The notes below the pieces were generated by a model. The model made no database searches, was not told where the DNA came from, and was given only the letters and a program-made list of their open reading frames with translations. DNA of 18,644 bases from Halalkalibacterium halodurans. Lineage in GTDB: Bacteria > Bacillota > Bacilli > Bacillales > Bacillaceae_D. Both the position numbers and the translations under genes were made by a program. Below, in pieces: positions 8,507 to 15,449 of the stretch; the stretch's first letter is position 1, and every line of letters starts with the position of its first letter. The stretch is from contig NZ_SNUY01000051.1 in NCBI RefSeq assembly GCF_004376175.1, positions 11,511 to 30,154 of the forward strand. The letters are read 5' to 3'.

Positions 8507-9499
8507 TTACGCCCAGTCCACCGTTTTCACTTCATGATTCCAATAATCAAGCCATTTTTCTTCCACGATTTTTATAAGAGTAAGAGAAACACCGGCCATG
8601 TCGATAGACGTCATAAAAGAGCCCACTTTTTTAAATTGGATGTTAAGCCCTTCCTCTGTTAGCTTGTTCGCTACATCATTCATAAACACATACTGCTCCA
8701 TAAGAGGTGTAGCTCCAAGCCCATTGACTAACACACCGTATTTATCTCCTTTGCTCCAGCCAAACGCTTCTTTTAATTTGAGGATCAACTCTTCGGCTAT
8801 TTCCTTGGACGATTTCAGCTTTTCTTTACGATAACCTGGCTCCCCGTGAATCCCAACACCATATTCCATTTCGTCGTCTCCCAGTTCAAATCCTGGCTTC
8901 CCAACAGCTGGCACGGTTGCAGGCAAGATCGACACACCGATCGTCTTCGTGTTCTCAATGACTGTTTCACCTAGCACTTTTAAGCTTTGTAGCGATAGAC
9001 CAGCTTCAGCGGCAGCTCCTACAATTTTGTGGACAATAATCGTCCCTGCGACCCCGCGTCTTCCAGCTGTAAATGAGCTATCCTCCACCGCAATATCATC
9101 ATTCACAATGATGTGATCAACAGTTATTCCTTCTGCTTCAGCCATTTCTCCTGCCATTTCAAAATTCATCACATCACCTGTGTAGTTTTTGATGATCAGA
9201 AGAACGCCGCCTCCTTGATCTGCCGCTTTAATTCCTTCAAAAATTTGATCCGGCGTTGGCGACGTAAACACTTCTCCGCAAACGGCGGCCGCCAGCATTC
9301 CTTGTCCGACAAAACCAGCATGACTCGGTTCATGTCCGCTACCGCCTCCACTAACTAACGCCACTTTGCCTTTGTCTACATATGTCCGGCGAATCACACC
9401 TGTCTCCGCTACTCGTTCGACAAGATGTCCATTGGCATATACAAATCCATCGAGCATTTCATCCAAAACGTTTTGCGGATCGTTGAGAATTTTCTTCAT
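8507..9499 (-). CDS. dhaK: Dihydroxyacetone kinase Dha-binding subunit DhaK
   Basis: 330 aa with a Dak1 domain. It has GGGSGHEPSH and the active-site motif GVGIHGEPGYRKEK. It is the first gene of dhaK-dhaL-dhaM. GGAGG lies about 10 nt upstream of the ATG. Confidence 0.9.
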   Translation of the reverse strand: MKKILNDPQNVLDEMLDGFVYANGHLVERVAETGVIRRTYVDKGKVALVSGGGSGHEPSHAGFVGQGMLAAAVCGEVFTSPTPDQIFEGIKAADQGGGVLLIIKNYTGDVMNFEMAGEMAEAEGITVDHIIVNDDIAVEDSSFTAGRRGVAGTIIVHKIVGAAAEAGLSLQSLKVLGETVIENTKTIGVSILPATVPAVGKPGFELGDDEMEYGVGIHGEPGYRKEKLKSSKEIAEELILKLKEAFGWSKGDKYGVLVNGLGATPLMEQYVFMNDVANKLTEEGLNIQFKKVGSFMTSIDMAGVSLTLIKIVEEKWLDYWNHEVKTVDWA

Positions 9500-9542
9500 C
9501 GTCCAAACGCCTCCTTCGTTTTGCTTCGTTTTCCACCTCTAG

Positions 9543-9593
9543 TGTATAATGAAAGCGCTTCATAGGAAACGGACAAAAAAAGCAACATGTCAA
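9543..9593 (-). promoter_or_regulatory. dha operon control region: weak core promoter, cre-like palindrome and an upstream TTGACA/GACA..TGTC element
   Basis: On the minus strand the -10-like TATACA is at 9548-9543, with only a poor -35 (CGTTTC) at 17-nt spacing. The 15-mer ATGAAAGCGCTTCAT (9549-9563) contains the perfect palindrome AAGCGCTT. It matches the CcpA cre consensus WTGNAANCGNWNNCW at all but one specified position and abuts the -10. A TTGACA (9593-9588) lies 39 nt upstream of the -10, too far for a normal -35. Confidence 0.35.
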
Positions 9594-9605
9594 AGAAACA
9601 GTCAT

Positions 9606-9631
9606 TCAAAAGCCCCCGCTTTGCGGAGGCT
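9606..9631 (-). terminator. Intrinsic terminator after the APH-family kinase gene
   Basis: A 9-bp stem: AGCCCCCGC (9611-9619) pairs with GCGGAGGCT (9623-9631) around a 3-nt loop. The mismatch is C.A on the plus strand and G.U on the minus strand. It is followed by UUUUG on the minus strand. Confidence 0.65.
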
Positions 9632-9679
9632 CCATCATTCGTAAGGTATAGTTGTATCTCGCCATTATGGGATTTACGT

Positions 9680-10669
9680 TTATTTATGATTCTGTTCAAA
9701 AGATAAGCGATAGTTATTTATGAGAGAAACTAAATTTTTGCTAAGATCCATCTGATAACCCGGTTCCTCTTTCGAGTAATCCTTGTCAACTGAGCGTAGT
9801 AATCGTGCAAAGGAGACTAAATGATGCAATCGCTCAAAGCCATTCGCTTCTTCGAGTAACTCCTCGTCTAAAAAAGTTGATGATTTGTACCCTTTCATGA
9901 ACGTCTTTATAGCAGGGGTTGTTACACGGAATTTCCCAGCGTCCCTAAGCGCATAAACGATATCTGCTACATACCAATAATAGGCGCAATCATCAAAATC
10001 AAGAGCACTTATGGTTATCTCGTTAAATCGTACATTGTCCAGTTCAAAATCGTAATGGATGATTCCAAAGTTCTCTTTTGTAATGGGCAATTGATTAGCC
10101 CATTCAGAAATCATCTCTAGCTCTTTCATTGCCGCTATTTCGTTAGGTGGGAGCCATTCTTTTACTTTTTCTAAATCATCTTTCCAGCTAGGCCTTTTTA
10201 TGGCCAAATCATTCGGTACATTCTTTAGATTCTCATGTATCGTGCCTAGCATTTCTCCCCATACAAAAAGTTGCTCTTCATTCATTTCCTCAAACGAAAG
10301 ATGCTCCCCGTCAAGAGCTTCAAAAACGACAGCATAGAATGTACCTATAGGAGTTATTACAACCTCTACTAAGTTGTTATTTTTTGATAAAACTGGCTGA
10401 GCGACTGCTAAAGCTTGACTCCCAAGGTATTGAACTAGTTTTAGCTCTTCTTTAATCATTGTAAGATTTCTTTCACAAGAATCATTAAACCGTAAATAAT
10501 ACTTTTTCCCATGATGTTGAAACATAAATATGAAGTTGGCGCTTGCTCTCCAGTAAAAAACAGAATGACGGTCAAAACCCCATCGCTCTAAAATGAACTC
10601 AGCTAACGGACTTCTCCATTTTTTATCAACGGTAGCAACTACTTTTTTCATGGTGCTTAGCTTCATCAT
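9680..10669 (-). CDS. Phosphotransferase enzyme family protein (APH / CotS / homoserine-kinase-II-like small-molecule kinase), substrate unknown
   Basis: The ORF track gives 9680..10675. I prefer the third or fourth ATG (10669 or 10666) because GGGGGAA (10681-10675) abuts the first ATG. The Brenner catalytic motif HxDxxxxN is present as [10 protein letters not shown]. The Mg-binding DFD is present as LDFDDC. The N-lobe reads GKKYYLRFN. The gene is visibly more AT-rich than its neighbours. Confidence 0.8.
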   Translation of the reverse strand: MMKLSTMKKVVATVDKKWRSPLAEFILERWGFDRHSVFYWRASANFIFMFQHHGKKYYLRFNDSCERNLTMIKEELKLVQYLGSQALAVAQPVLSKNNNLVEVVITPIGTFYAVVFEALDGEHLSFEEMNEEQLFVWGEMLGTIHENLKNVPNDLAIKRPSWKDDLEKVKEWLPPNEIAAMKELEMISEWANQLPITKENFGIIHYDFELDNVRFNEITISALDFDDCAYYWYVADIVYALRDAGKFRVTTPAIKTFMKGYKSSTFLDEELLEEANGFERLHHLVSFARLLRSVDKDYSKEEPGYQMDLSKNLVSLINNYRLSFEQNHK

Positions 10670-10679
10670 AAACATTCCC

Positions 10680-10707
10680 CCATTTAATGTTTTGAAGCAT
10701 TAAATGG
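10680..10707 (-). promoter_or_regulatory. Perfect 10-bp inverted repeat overlapping the kinase Shine-Dalgarno sequence
   Basis: CCATTTAATG (10680-10689) pairs with CATTAAATGG (10698-10707) around an 8-nt loop. On the minus transcript the 3' arm runs into the GGGGGAA SD, and two SD G residues lie in the stem. It could be an RNA hairpin or a DNA operator. Confidence 0.45.
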
Positions 10708-10767
10708 AAAATAATAATGGTCAGCGCACCTATCAGATAAGAACGGAATAAAGAAACTGTAGAATTG

Positions 10768-10860
10768 TTAAATGATCCATCGTACTTCCTTTAAATCTTG
10801 ATGAGCGAGAGGCATCATTTTATTTTCCAATGTTTGCTTCACTAAAATTAAAAATTGCAT
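10768..10860 (-). CDS. Hypothetical 30-aa small ORF, possibly a leader peptide (MQFLILVKQTLENKMMPLAHQDLKEVRWII)
   Basis: This ORF is below the size cut-off of the ORF track and I translated it by hand. Its ATG at 10860 is preceded by GGAAGGAGTGA, with AGGAG 7 nt upstream. It lies about 48 nt downstream of an extended -10 promoter. I recognise no homolog. Confidence 0.4.
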   Translation of the reverse strand: MQFLILVKQTLENKMMPLAHQDLKEVRWII

Positions 10861-10907
10861 TCTCTCACTCCTTCCCTTCATTATTCGGATCATGAATCCT
10901 AAAGAAA

Positions 10908-10916
10908 ATTATACCA
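10908..10916 (-). promoter_or_regulatory. Extended -10 promoter element (TGgTATAAT) driving the small ORF and kinase unit
   Basis: The minus strand reads TGGTATAAT (10916-10908). The -35 is weak (GGTTTA/TTGGTT region). It lies between the upstream terminator (10997-11031) and the small ORF. Confidence 0.5.
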
Positions 10917-10996
10917 TTTTATGATCATCATAAACCAAAAAAGATTCGCCATTTTTCGAGGAATTCCTAATACATTCGGTTAATGATTTTCACGTG

Positions 10997-11031
10997 AAAA
11001 AGGAAACCCCCGCTTCGTTAGCGGAGTTCCC
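10997..11031 (-). terminator. Intrinsic terminator of the M17-homolog gene (the stop codon lies inside the hairpin)
   Basis: On the minus RNA, GGGAACUCCGC-UAACGAA-GCGGGGGUUUCC forms about 11 bp with one bulge and G.U pairs. It is followed by UUUUU (10997-11001). Confidence 0.6.
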
Positions 11032-12445
11032 TCTCCCCATTATTCAATACAAAAGTGGCAAGAGTCCGTGCCATGACGCCGCGGGCTCGCGCCACTGTGC
11101 CGGCAATATCAAGATGAACCCATGGATCATTTTCTGCAAACTCGCCAACAAATAGGGCAGTAGCCATACAATTAGCAAAGCGACCAATTGTTAGCCTTAA
11201 ATCAGCAACCGATTCTTCCTGTAGCCGTTTCGTATAAGGTCGATAATACGGGAGTGCCCAGATTGGTTCTCCTGTTTTCAGAGACGCTTCTTGCATTTTC
11301 TTCCACCAGGACTTGTCGTTTGTAACAGCGGCCGTGATTTCATCACCTAGTATACTCCGTAGCTCTTCTGCTAACGGGGCAACTGTCACGAGTGAATGGA
11401 CTCCTAACTCTTTTGCATATGTGATACCGTCGGCTAATAGCAATGCCCCTATTGCTTCTATATGATCCGCTTCAATGGTTTTCCCTGAATACGAACGAAT
11501 GACATCTCCAGGTGCCGGATTCTGCTGACCATGTTCTTGTTCCACGATCGGCAGAATTGCTAATACATTCTTTTGACTATGTAAGCTCCCGATAATGTCC
11601 ATCGCGCCAAGTACAGCAGCAGCCCCGCCCATCCATGGGCTAAAAATTCCGTTTCCCCCTGCGCCAACTAAGCCAATAGCCTCCTGTTCTTCACGCTTCC
11701 CTTTGTTCTTAAGCACGAGCATCGTTGCATTTTCAGCAGGGCCACTTGCAGCTAGAAGTCCACCCATGCCTAGCTTTTCCATCTCTTTTTGTCCTAACGT
11801 CTCCATGTCAAATCCATGGCGGCTCGCTAATGCCTGCGCCTCTGTCACGAGCTCTGTCGGTGATAACAACGTACGCGGTATACTCATGAGCCGCTCCGCA
11901 TAAACAGACCCATTTCCATATGTTATTCCTTCACGTACCGATGTCTCGATAGGACGATGTCCATGAAAAACCGTCACTGAGTCCAGCGATTTATCGACGA
12001 GGTTCGTTCTTTCTTTGTAGTCGTCAATAGTTGAATAGCCCATCGTGAATGACTCGCCGAACAACCGAGCAACCTCTTGTTCACTTACCCTCTCTGATAC
12101 GAACGAAGGTAGCACCACCGCTACATTCGTCATTCGTTTTTCCTTTACTCTTTCTCCGACCGCTGCAAATCCTGCGCGAAGGGTATCGGCACTTGCAACC
12201 GACCGCTTTCCAAGTCCTACGGCTAGCACCCATTTGACTTCAATTAAACCAAACGTATAAAGCTCGGTTATCTTTCCTGCTTCCGTTTTTAACTGCTTTT
12301 GTTTCACAAGCGTTGATAAATGGCCATTTAGTGTTTCATCTAATTGTTTTAGTTCTGCGACAAAAGGCTCATGACCTTCAAATACTGCGACAATGATCGC
12401 ATCGTGAGTTCCCCTTAAACTGAAAGTATTTTGAAAATACAGCAT
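11018..12445 (-). CDS. M17 (leucyl aminopeptidase/PepA, YuiE-type) family protein with degenerate catalytic motifs, probably non-peptidolytic
   Basis: 475 aa. RBS AGGAGGAG lies upstream of ATG 12445. It is colinear with YuiE/PepA in both the N-terminal and catalytic domains, and several blocks are conserved (GGAAAVLGAM, LLADGITYAK, PWVHLDIAG, GVMARTLA). However, VGKGxTFDxGG...MKxDM is replaced by LVGAGGNGIFSPWM, and the NTDAEGRL signature is replaced by EADHIEAIGAL. It sits in the syntenic position next to yuiD. Confidence 0.85.
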   Translation of the reverse strand: MLYFQNTFSLRGTHDAIIVAVFEGHEPFVAELKQLDETLNGHLSTLVKQKQLKTEAGKITELYTFGLIEVKWVLAVGLGKRSVASADTLRAGFAAVGERVKEKRMTNVAVVLPSFVSERVSEQEVARLFGESFTMGYSTIDDYKERTNLVDKSLDSVTVFHGHRPIETSVREGITYGNGSVYAERLMSIPRTLLSPTELVTEAQALASRHGFDMETLGQKEMEKLGMGGLLAASGPAENATMLVLKNKGKREEQEAIGLVGAGGNGIFSPWMGGAAAVLGAMDIIGSLHSQKNVLAILPIVEQEHGQQNPAPGDVIRSYSGKTIEADHIEAIGALLLADGITYAKELGVHSLVTVAPLAEELRSILGDEITAAVTNDKSWWKKMQEASLKTGEPIWALPYYRPYTKRLQEESVADLRLTIGRFANCMATALFVGEFAENDPWVHLDIAGTVARARGVMARTLATFVLNNGERELR

Positions 12446-12578
12446 ACGCTCCTCCTTACCCAGCGTCTTTTTTCTTGGATAGGTTTTTCAGACTAGACAA
12501 GCGATTAACAGAATAGAATATAGGGAAAGAGAAAAACAGATAACCGCAATGGTTTCATGGTAAGAAATCGCCTTCTTA

Positions 12579-12587
12579 TGGTATAAT
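12579..12587 (+). promoter_or_regulatory. Extended -10 element (TGgTATAAT), candidate yuiD promoter
   Basis: TG at 12579-12580, G at 12581 and TATAAT at 12582-12587. The -35 is poor. It would give a leader of about 140 nt to the yuiD start at 12728. Confidence 0.4.
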
Positions 12588-12727
12588 TGACAAGCATCTT
12601 TACACAATCGAACGATGATTTTCCCTACTATATCATGTGATGAGGTGAACTTCACACCATTTTATTTTATATAGTCCCATGAAGCTGTTCGCATTTGTAT
12701 GTAGATGGAGAAAGGACGTTGAACAAC

Positions 12728-13204
12728 ATGGAATTGTTTCATAATTTCCCGCTATGGGCAGCGTTGATTGCGATCGGTGTTGCTCAGTTTGTTAAAGTAC
12801 CACTTGCTTATCTTCCAGACCGAAAAATGGATTGGACTCTGTTAACGAGTACGGGGGGAATGCCGAGTTCCCACTCCGCTGCCGTCACCGCTTTGGCAAC
12901 AGCCATCGCTCTTGAAGATGGACTAGATTCCCCGTTGTTCGCAATCTCAGCTGTTTTTGGTATTATTGTCATGTTTGACGCGACAGGTGTCAGACGCCAT
13001 GCCGGGTACCATGCGACTGTTTTGAATCAACTTGTCGGTGATTTTAACAAACTTGTTTCTGAATTGAAAAGCTGGCCGAAGAAAGAAGAAATGGAAAAAC
13101 GGAAGGAACTGAAAGAACTTCTTGGGCATCAACCAATCGAGGTGTTTTTTGGCGCCTTGCTTGGCATTCTTCTTGCCTTCATACTGTACGTCGTCATTTA
13201 TTAG
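12728..13204 (+). CDS. yuiD: Divergent PAP2-family membrane protein (DUF212, acid phosphatase/vanadium-haloperoxidase-related), YuiD
   Basis: The ORF track starts at TTG 12695. ATG 12728 (MELFHNFPLW...) gives a 158-aa protein that matches the length and N-terminus of B. subtilis YuiD as I recall them. Conserved blocks are GGMPSSHSA, FDATGVRRHAG and LLGHQPIEVFFG. Confidence 0.85.
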   Translation: MELFHNFPLWAALIAIGVAQFVKVPLAYLPDRKMDWTLLTSTGGMPSSHSAAVTALATAIALEDGLDSPLFAISAVFGIIVMFDATGVRRHAGYHATVLNQLVGDFNKLVSELKSWPKKEEMEKRKELKELLGHQPIEVFFGALLGILLAFILYVVIY

Positions 13205-13222
13205 TAAAGGAGGCTCTTTCCC

Positions 13223-14044
13223 ATGAGACTCGTCTCCATCTGTCCTAGCAATACCGAAAAAATAGCCTACCTTGGACTTGCCGATCAGCTCGTTGGCGTG
13301 GATGATTTTTCCGACTGGCCGACAGTCACTCGCTCTCTTCCCCGGCTAGGACCCGATTTACGAATTGACATGGATAAAGTTGAAGCGCTACAGCCTGATC
13401 TTGTCGTCGCTTCCCTCAGCGTTCCAGGAATGGAGCGAAATGTAGAGGAATTGCAAAAAAGAGACATTCCCCACGTCGTGTATAACCCACATTCCTTAAA
13501 AGAAATTGGCGAATGCTTAAAAGACTTAGCCAAACGTACAGGTGCGACAGCAGAAGCTACTGTAGCAATCGAGCGGTACGAGGGAATCATTGAGCACTAT
13601 CGTTCTTTGGCAGCCAAAGTGGAGCCTGTCCGCCTTTATTGGGAATGGTGGCCTAAGCCAGTTTTCACTCCTGGGGGAACGAATTGGTTAACCGAGATTA
13701 GCGCATTAGCCGGGGGTATAAATGTCTACGGTGATACATCCATTCCTAGTGTGAAGACCGACTGGGACGATGTCCTTAACAAGCAACCGGATCATATTTG
13801 CCTTGCTTGGGTTGGCATTGCCGCTGATAAAGTTAAGCCTGAACTGCTTTGGAAGCGACCAAACTGGGAGCAGATGGCGGCTCTTCAAGAAGGAAAGGTG
13901 CACGCATTAGAAGAGCCCCTCTATTGTCGCCCTTCCCCTCGGTTACTCCTCGGTTTGAAAAAGCTTGCTGCTCTGCTTCACCCTTCTCACTTCCCTGCAA
14001 ATGATGGGAAGGATCCGTTATGGGATCATAACCTGGACGACTAA
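13223..14044 (+). CDS. BtuF-like (Peripla_BP_2, cobalamin/siderophore-type) binding protein lacking a signal peptide
   Basis: 273 aa. AAAGGAGG lies 9 nt upstream. It starts 18 nt after the yuiD stop. It is colinear with E. coli BtuF blocks as I recall them: RLVSICPSNTEKIAYLGL..VGVDDFSDWP versus RVITLSPANTELAFAAGI..VGVSSYSDYP; ALQPDLVVA versus ALKPDLVIA; and RPSPRLLLGLKKLA versus RASPRIILAAQQLC. The N-terminus begins directly with the first beta-strand. There is no hydrophobic leader and no lipobox. Confidence 0.75.
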   Translation: MRLVSICPSNTEKIAYLGLADQLVGVDDFSDWPTVTRSLPRLGPDLRIDMDKVEALQPDLVVASLSVPGMERNVEELQKRDIPHVVYNPHSLKEIGECLKDLAKRTGATAEATVAIERYEGIIEHYRSLAAKVEPVRLYWEWWPKPVFTPGGTNWLTEISALAGGINVYGDTSIPSVKTDWDDVLNKQPDHICLAWVGIAADKVKPELLWKRPNWEQMAALQEGKVHALEEPLYCRPSPRLLLGLKKLAALLHPSHFPANDGKDPLWDHNLDD

Positions 14045-14075
14045 AGTCAATTAAAAAAGTGTCCTTTGTAACGTG

Positions 14076-14115
14076 AAAAAAATCGAACCCGCAACAAATG
14101 GGGTTCGATTTTTTT
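14076..14115. terminator. Bidirectional intrinsic terminator between the convergent BtuF-like gene and yuiC
   Basis: A perfect stem: ATCGAACCC (14082-14090) pairs with GGGTTCGAT (14101-14109). It is flanked by an A6 run and a T6-7 run that can extend the stem. Confidence 0.8.
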
Positions 14116-14118
14116 CAG

Positions 14119-14823
14119 CTAACGATTGATTTGTTCTCGGAAGACCTGTACAGCTTCATTTTCATTTAAAGCTTTTAGCTCTTCATCTGTAAATGTGCCG
14201 TCTCCCTCTTCCACGATGTACACTTCCACTTCTTTTCGGCCCCACTGATTAAACACATCTTCTACGGTTTCATAGTACAAATCAATTTTATTGCCTTTTA
14301 TCGCTGATCCCGTATCGGTTACAACACCGTACCCGTACCCTGGTATGAATAAAACTGTTCCTATTGGGAACACACGGGGATCTGCCGCAATCGTGGAATA
14401 GAGATCACGTCTTACTTCAACACCAGAGAACGTAATCCCATAGGATGCATCTCCAGGCCGTTTTCCTGTCGATTCCACCCCTGCCGTGTAGCCCGTAGCC
14501 ACTACTTTTTTCGATGGGTACTGACTCCAATCAACCGCTTCTTCCAATGGAACAGGATCTGATTCGACAGCCTGTAAGGACTTCGCTTTTTCTTCCGTTT
14601 TAATCGTTGGCAAGCTGCGTTTTTCCCTATCAAATAACGAATAGCTTGCATTATCGTTCGCTTCTAAAGGTTCCACTGTATCCGAGGATTCCCTTTGATC
14701 CAATAACCATCGCTCAATGTGTTGAGCGTTAACTCCTGAAACCGTGTGAAAAGTTGACAAAAAGGCAGCAAGTACGAGGATCGTCATCAATGAACGACGT
14801 CCATATTTTTTAGCTGCTTCCAT
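14119..14823 (-). CDS. yuiC: 3D-domain cell-wall protein YuiC (MltA-like, stationary-phase survival Sps family)
   Basis: The ORF track starts at 14856. I prefer ATG 14823 ([10 protein letters not shown]...) because AGGAG lies 7 nt upstream. It has an N-terminal membrane anchor or signal sequence. The C-terminal 3D domain reads [31 protein letters not shown]. Confidence 0.85.
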   Translation of the reverse strand: MEAAKKYGRRSLMTILVLAAFLSTFHTVSGVNAQHIERWLLDQRESSDTVEPLEANDNASYSLFDREKRSLPTIKTEEKAKSLQAVESDPVPLEEAVDWSQYPSKKVVATGYTAGVESTGKRPGDASYGITFSGVEVRRDLYSTIAADPRVFPIGTVLFIPGYGYGVVTDTGSAIKGNKIDLYYETVEDVFNQWGRKEVEVYIVEEGDGTFTDEELKALNENEAVQVFREQINR

Positions 14824-14970
14824 CCTCTCACTCCTCTCAGAAGTCATCATCTCCAAAGAGAAGTAAGATTATACAAAAAAACGCGGGAAAATTTAGAAAG
14901 TTATCGACAACAATTCAAATTCACTTTTAGCATGACCGGCTTTCCTACCTTTTATCCTACACATACAAGC

Positions 14971-15001
14971 AAAAAAAAACACCCAACCCGAAGGAAGAGC
15001 G
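14971..15001 (-). terminator. Intrinsic terminator after yuiB
   Basis: The minus RNA CGCUCUUCC-UUCG-GGUUGGGUG forms an interrupted stem with a UUCG loop, followed by U9 (14979-14971). It begins 11 nt after the yuiB stop. Confidence 0.55.
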
Positions 15002-15012
15002 TTTCATGATCG

Positions 15013-15330
15013 TTAAAACATTTGGTATCCGCGGACACGTAACATTCGTATGACAATCCCTGAAATAATTGCACCGATAAAACCGCTCGTAAGGATCAAA
15101 TGGTCCACAAGCTGCAACGCCATCAGATCGTCCCACAACCTAGAGAATGAGGTAGCAGGCGATGTGAAATATTGATAAAACGGGACATGATCAACTATAA
15201 AAATAACAATAAGCGGATAAAAAACGGCCATAATCCAAGTAGACCGTAACACCATATTTAACAGAAAGCCTATGCCGAAAAATAAAATTAAAAATAATAG
15301 CATCGAAATGAGCAATTGCGGTAAACTCAT
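15013..15330 (-). CDS. yuiB: Small integral membrane protein YuiB
   Basis: The ORF track starts at 15393. ATG 15330 (MSLPQLLISMLLF...) gives 105 aa with GGGGGTG 5 nt upstream. Blocks GIGFLLNM..WIMAV.YP and RGYQMF at the C-terminus match B. subtilis YuiB as I recall it. Confidence 0.8.
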   Translation of the reverse strand: MSLPQLLISMLLFLILFFGIGFLLNMVLRSTWIMAVFYPLIVIFIVDHVPFYQYFTSPATSFSRLWDDLMALQLVDHLILTSGFIGAIISGIVIRMLRVRGYQMF

Positions 15331-15449
15331 CTGTGCACCCCCATGTTCACTTGCTAGTTTACTCAATGGAAGCAGCACAGTCAAGCAAGTCATCTTGACA
15401 GCTTTGTGTCAGCATCTGACTGCCACCTTAATTGCTACAAAATAAATGT

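Noticed and set aside
12635-12657. TGTGA-N11-TCACA and inner GTGAA-c-TTCAC inverted repeats in the M17-gene/yuiD divergent region
   Set aside because: Both spacings (11 nt, and 1 nt for the inner pair) are wrong for Crp/Fnr (N6) or Rex (N4 between 7-mers). The inner repeat cannot form a hairpin because its loop is 1 nt. It may still be a protein site, but I have no family to attach it to.
12695-12727. N-terminal extensions proposed by the ORF track for yuiD (TTG 12695), yuiC (14856), yuiB (15393), yuiA (15686), yumC (TTG 17476), the kinase (10675) and the PBP (392)
   Set aside because: In each case a downstream start has a properly spaced SD. That start gives a length and N-terminus matching the B. 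subtilis homolog as I recall it, or a clean signal peptide. The longest-ORF starts lack RBSs.
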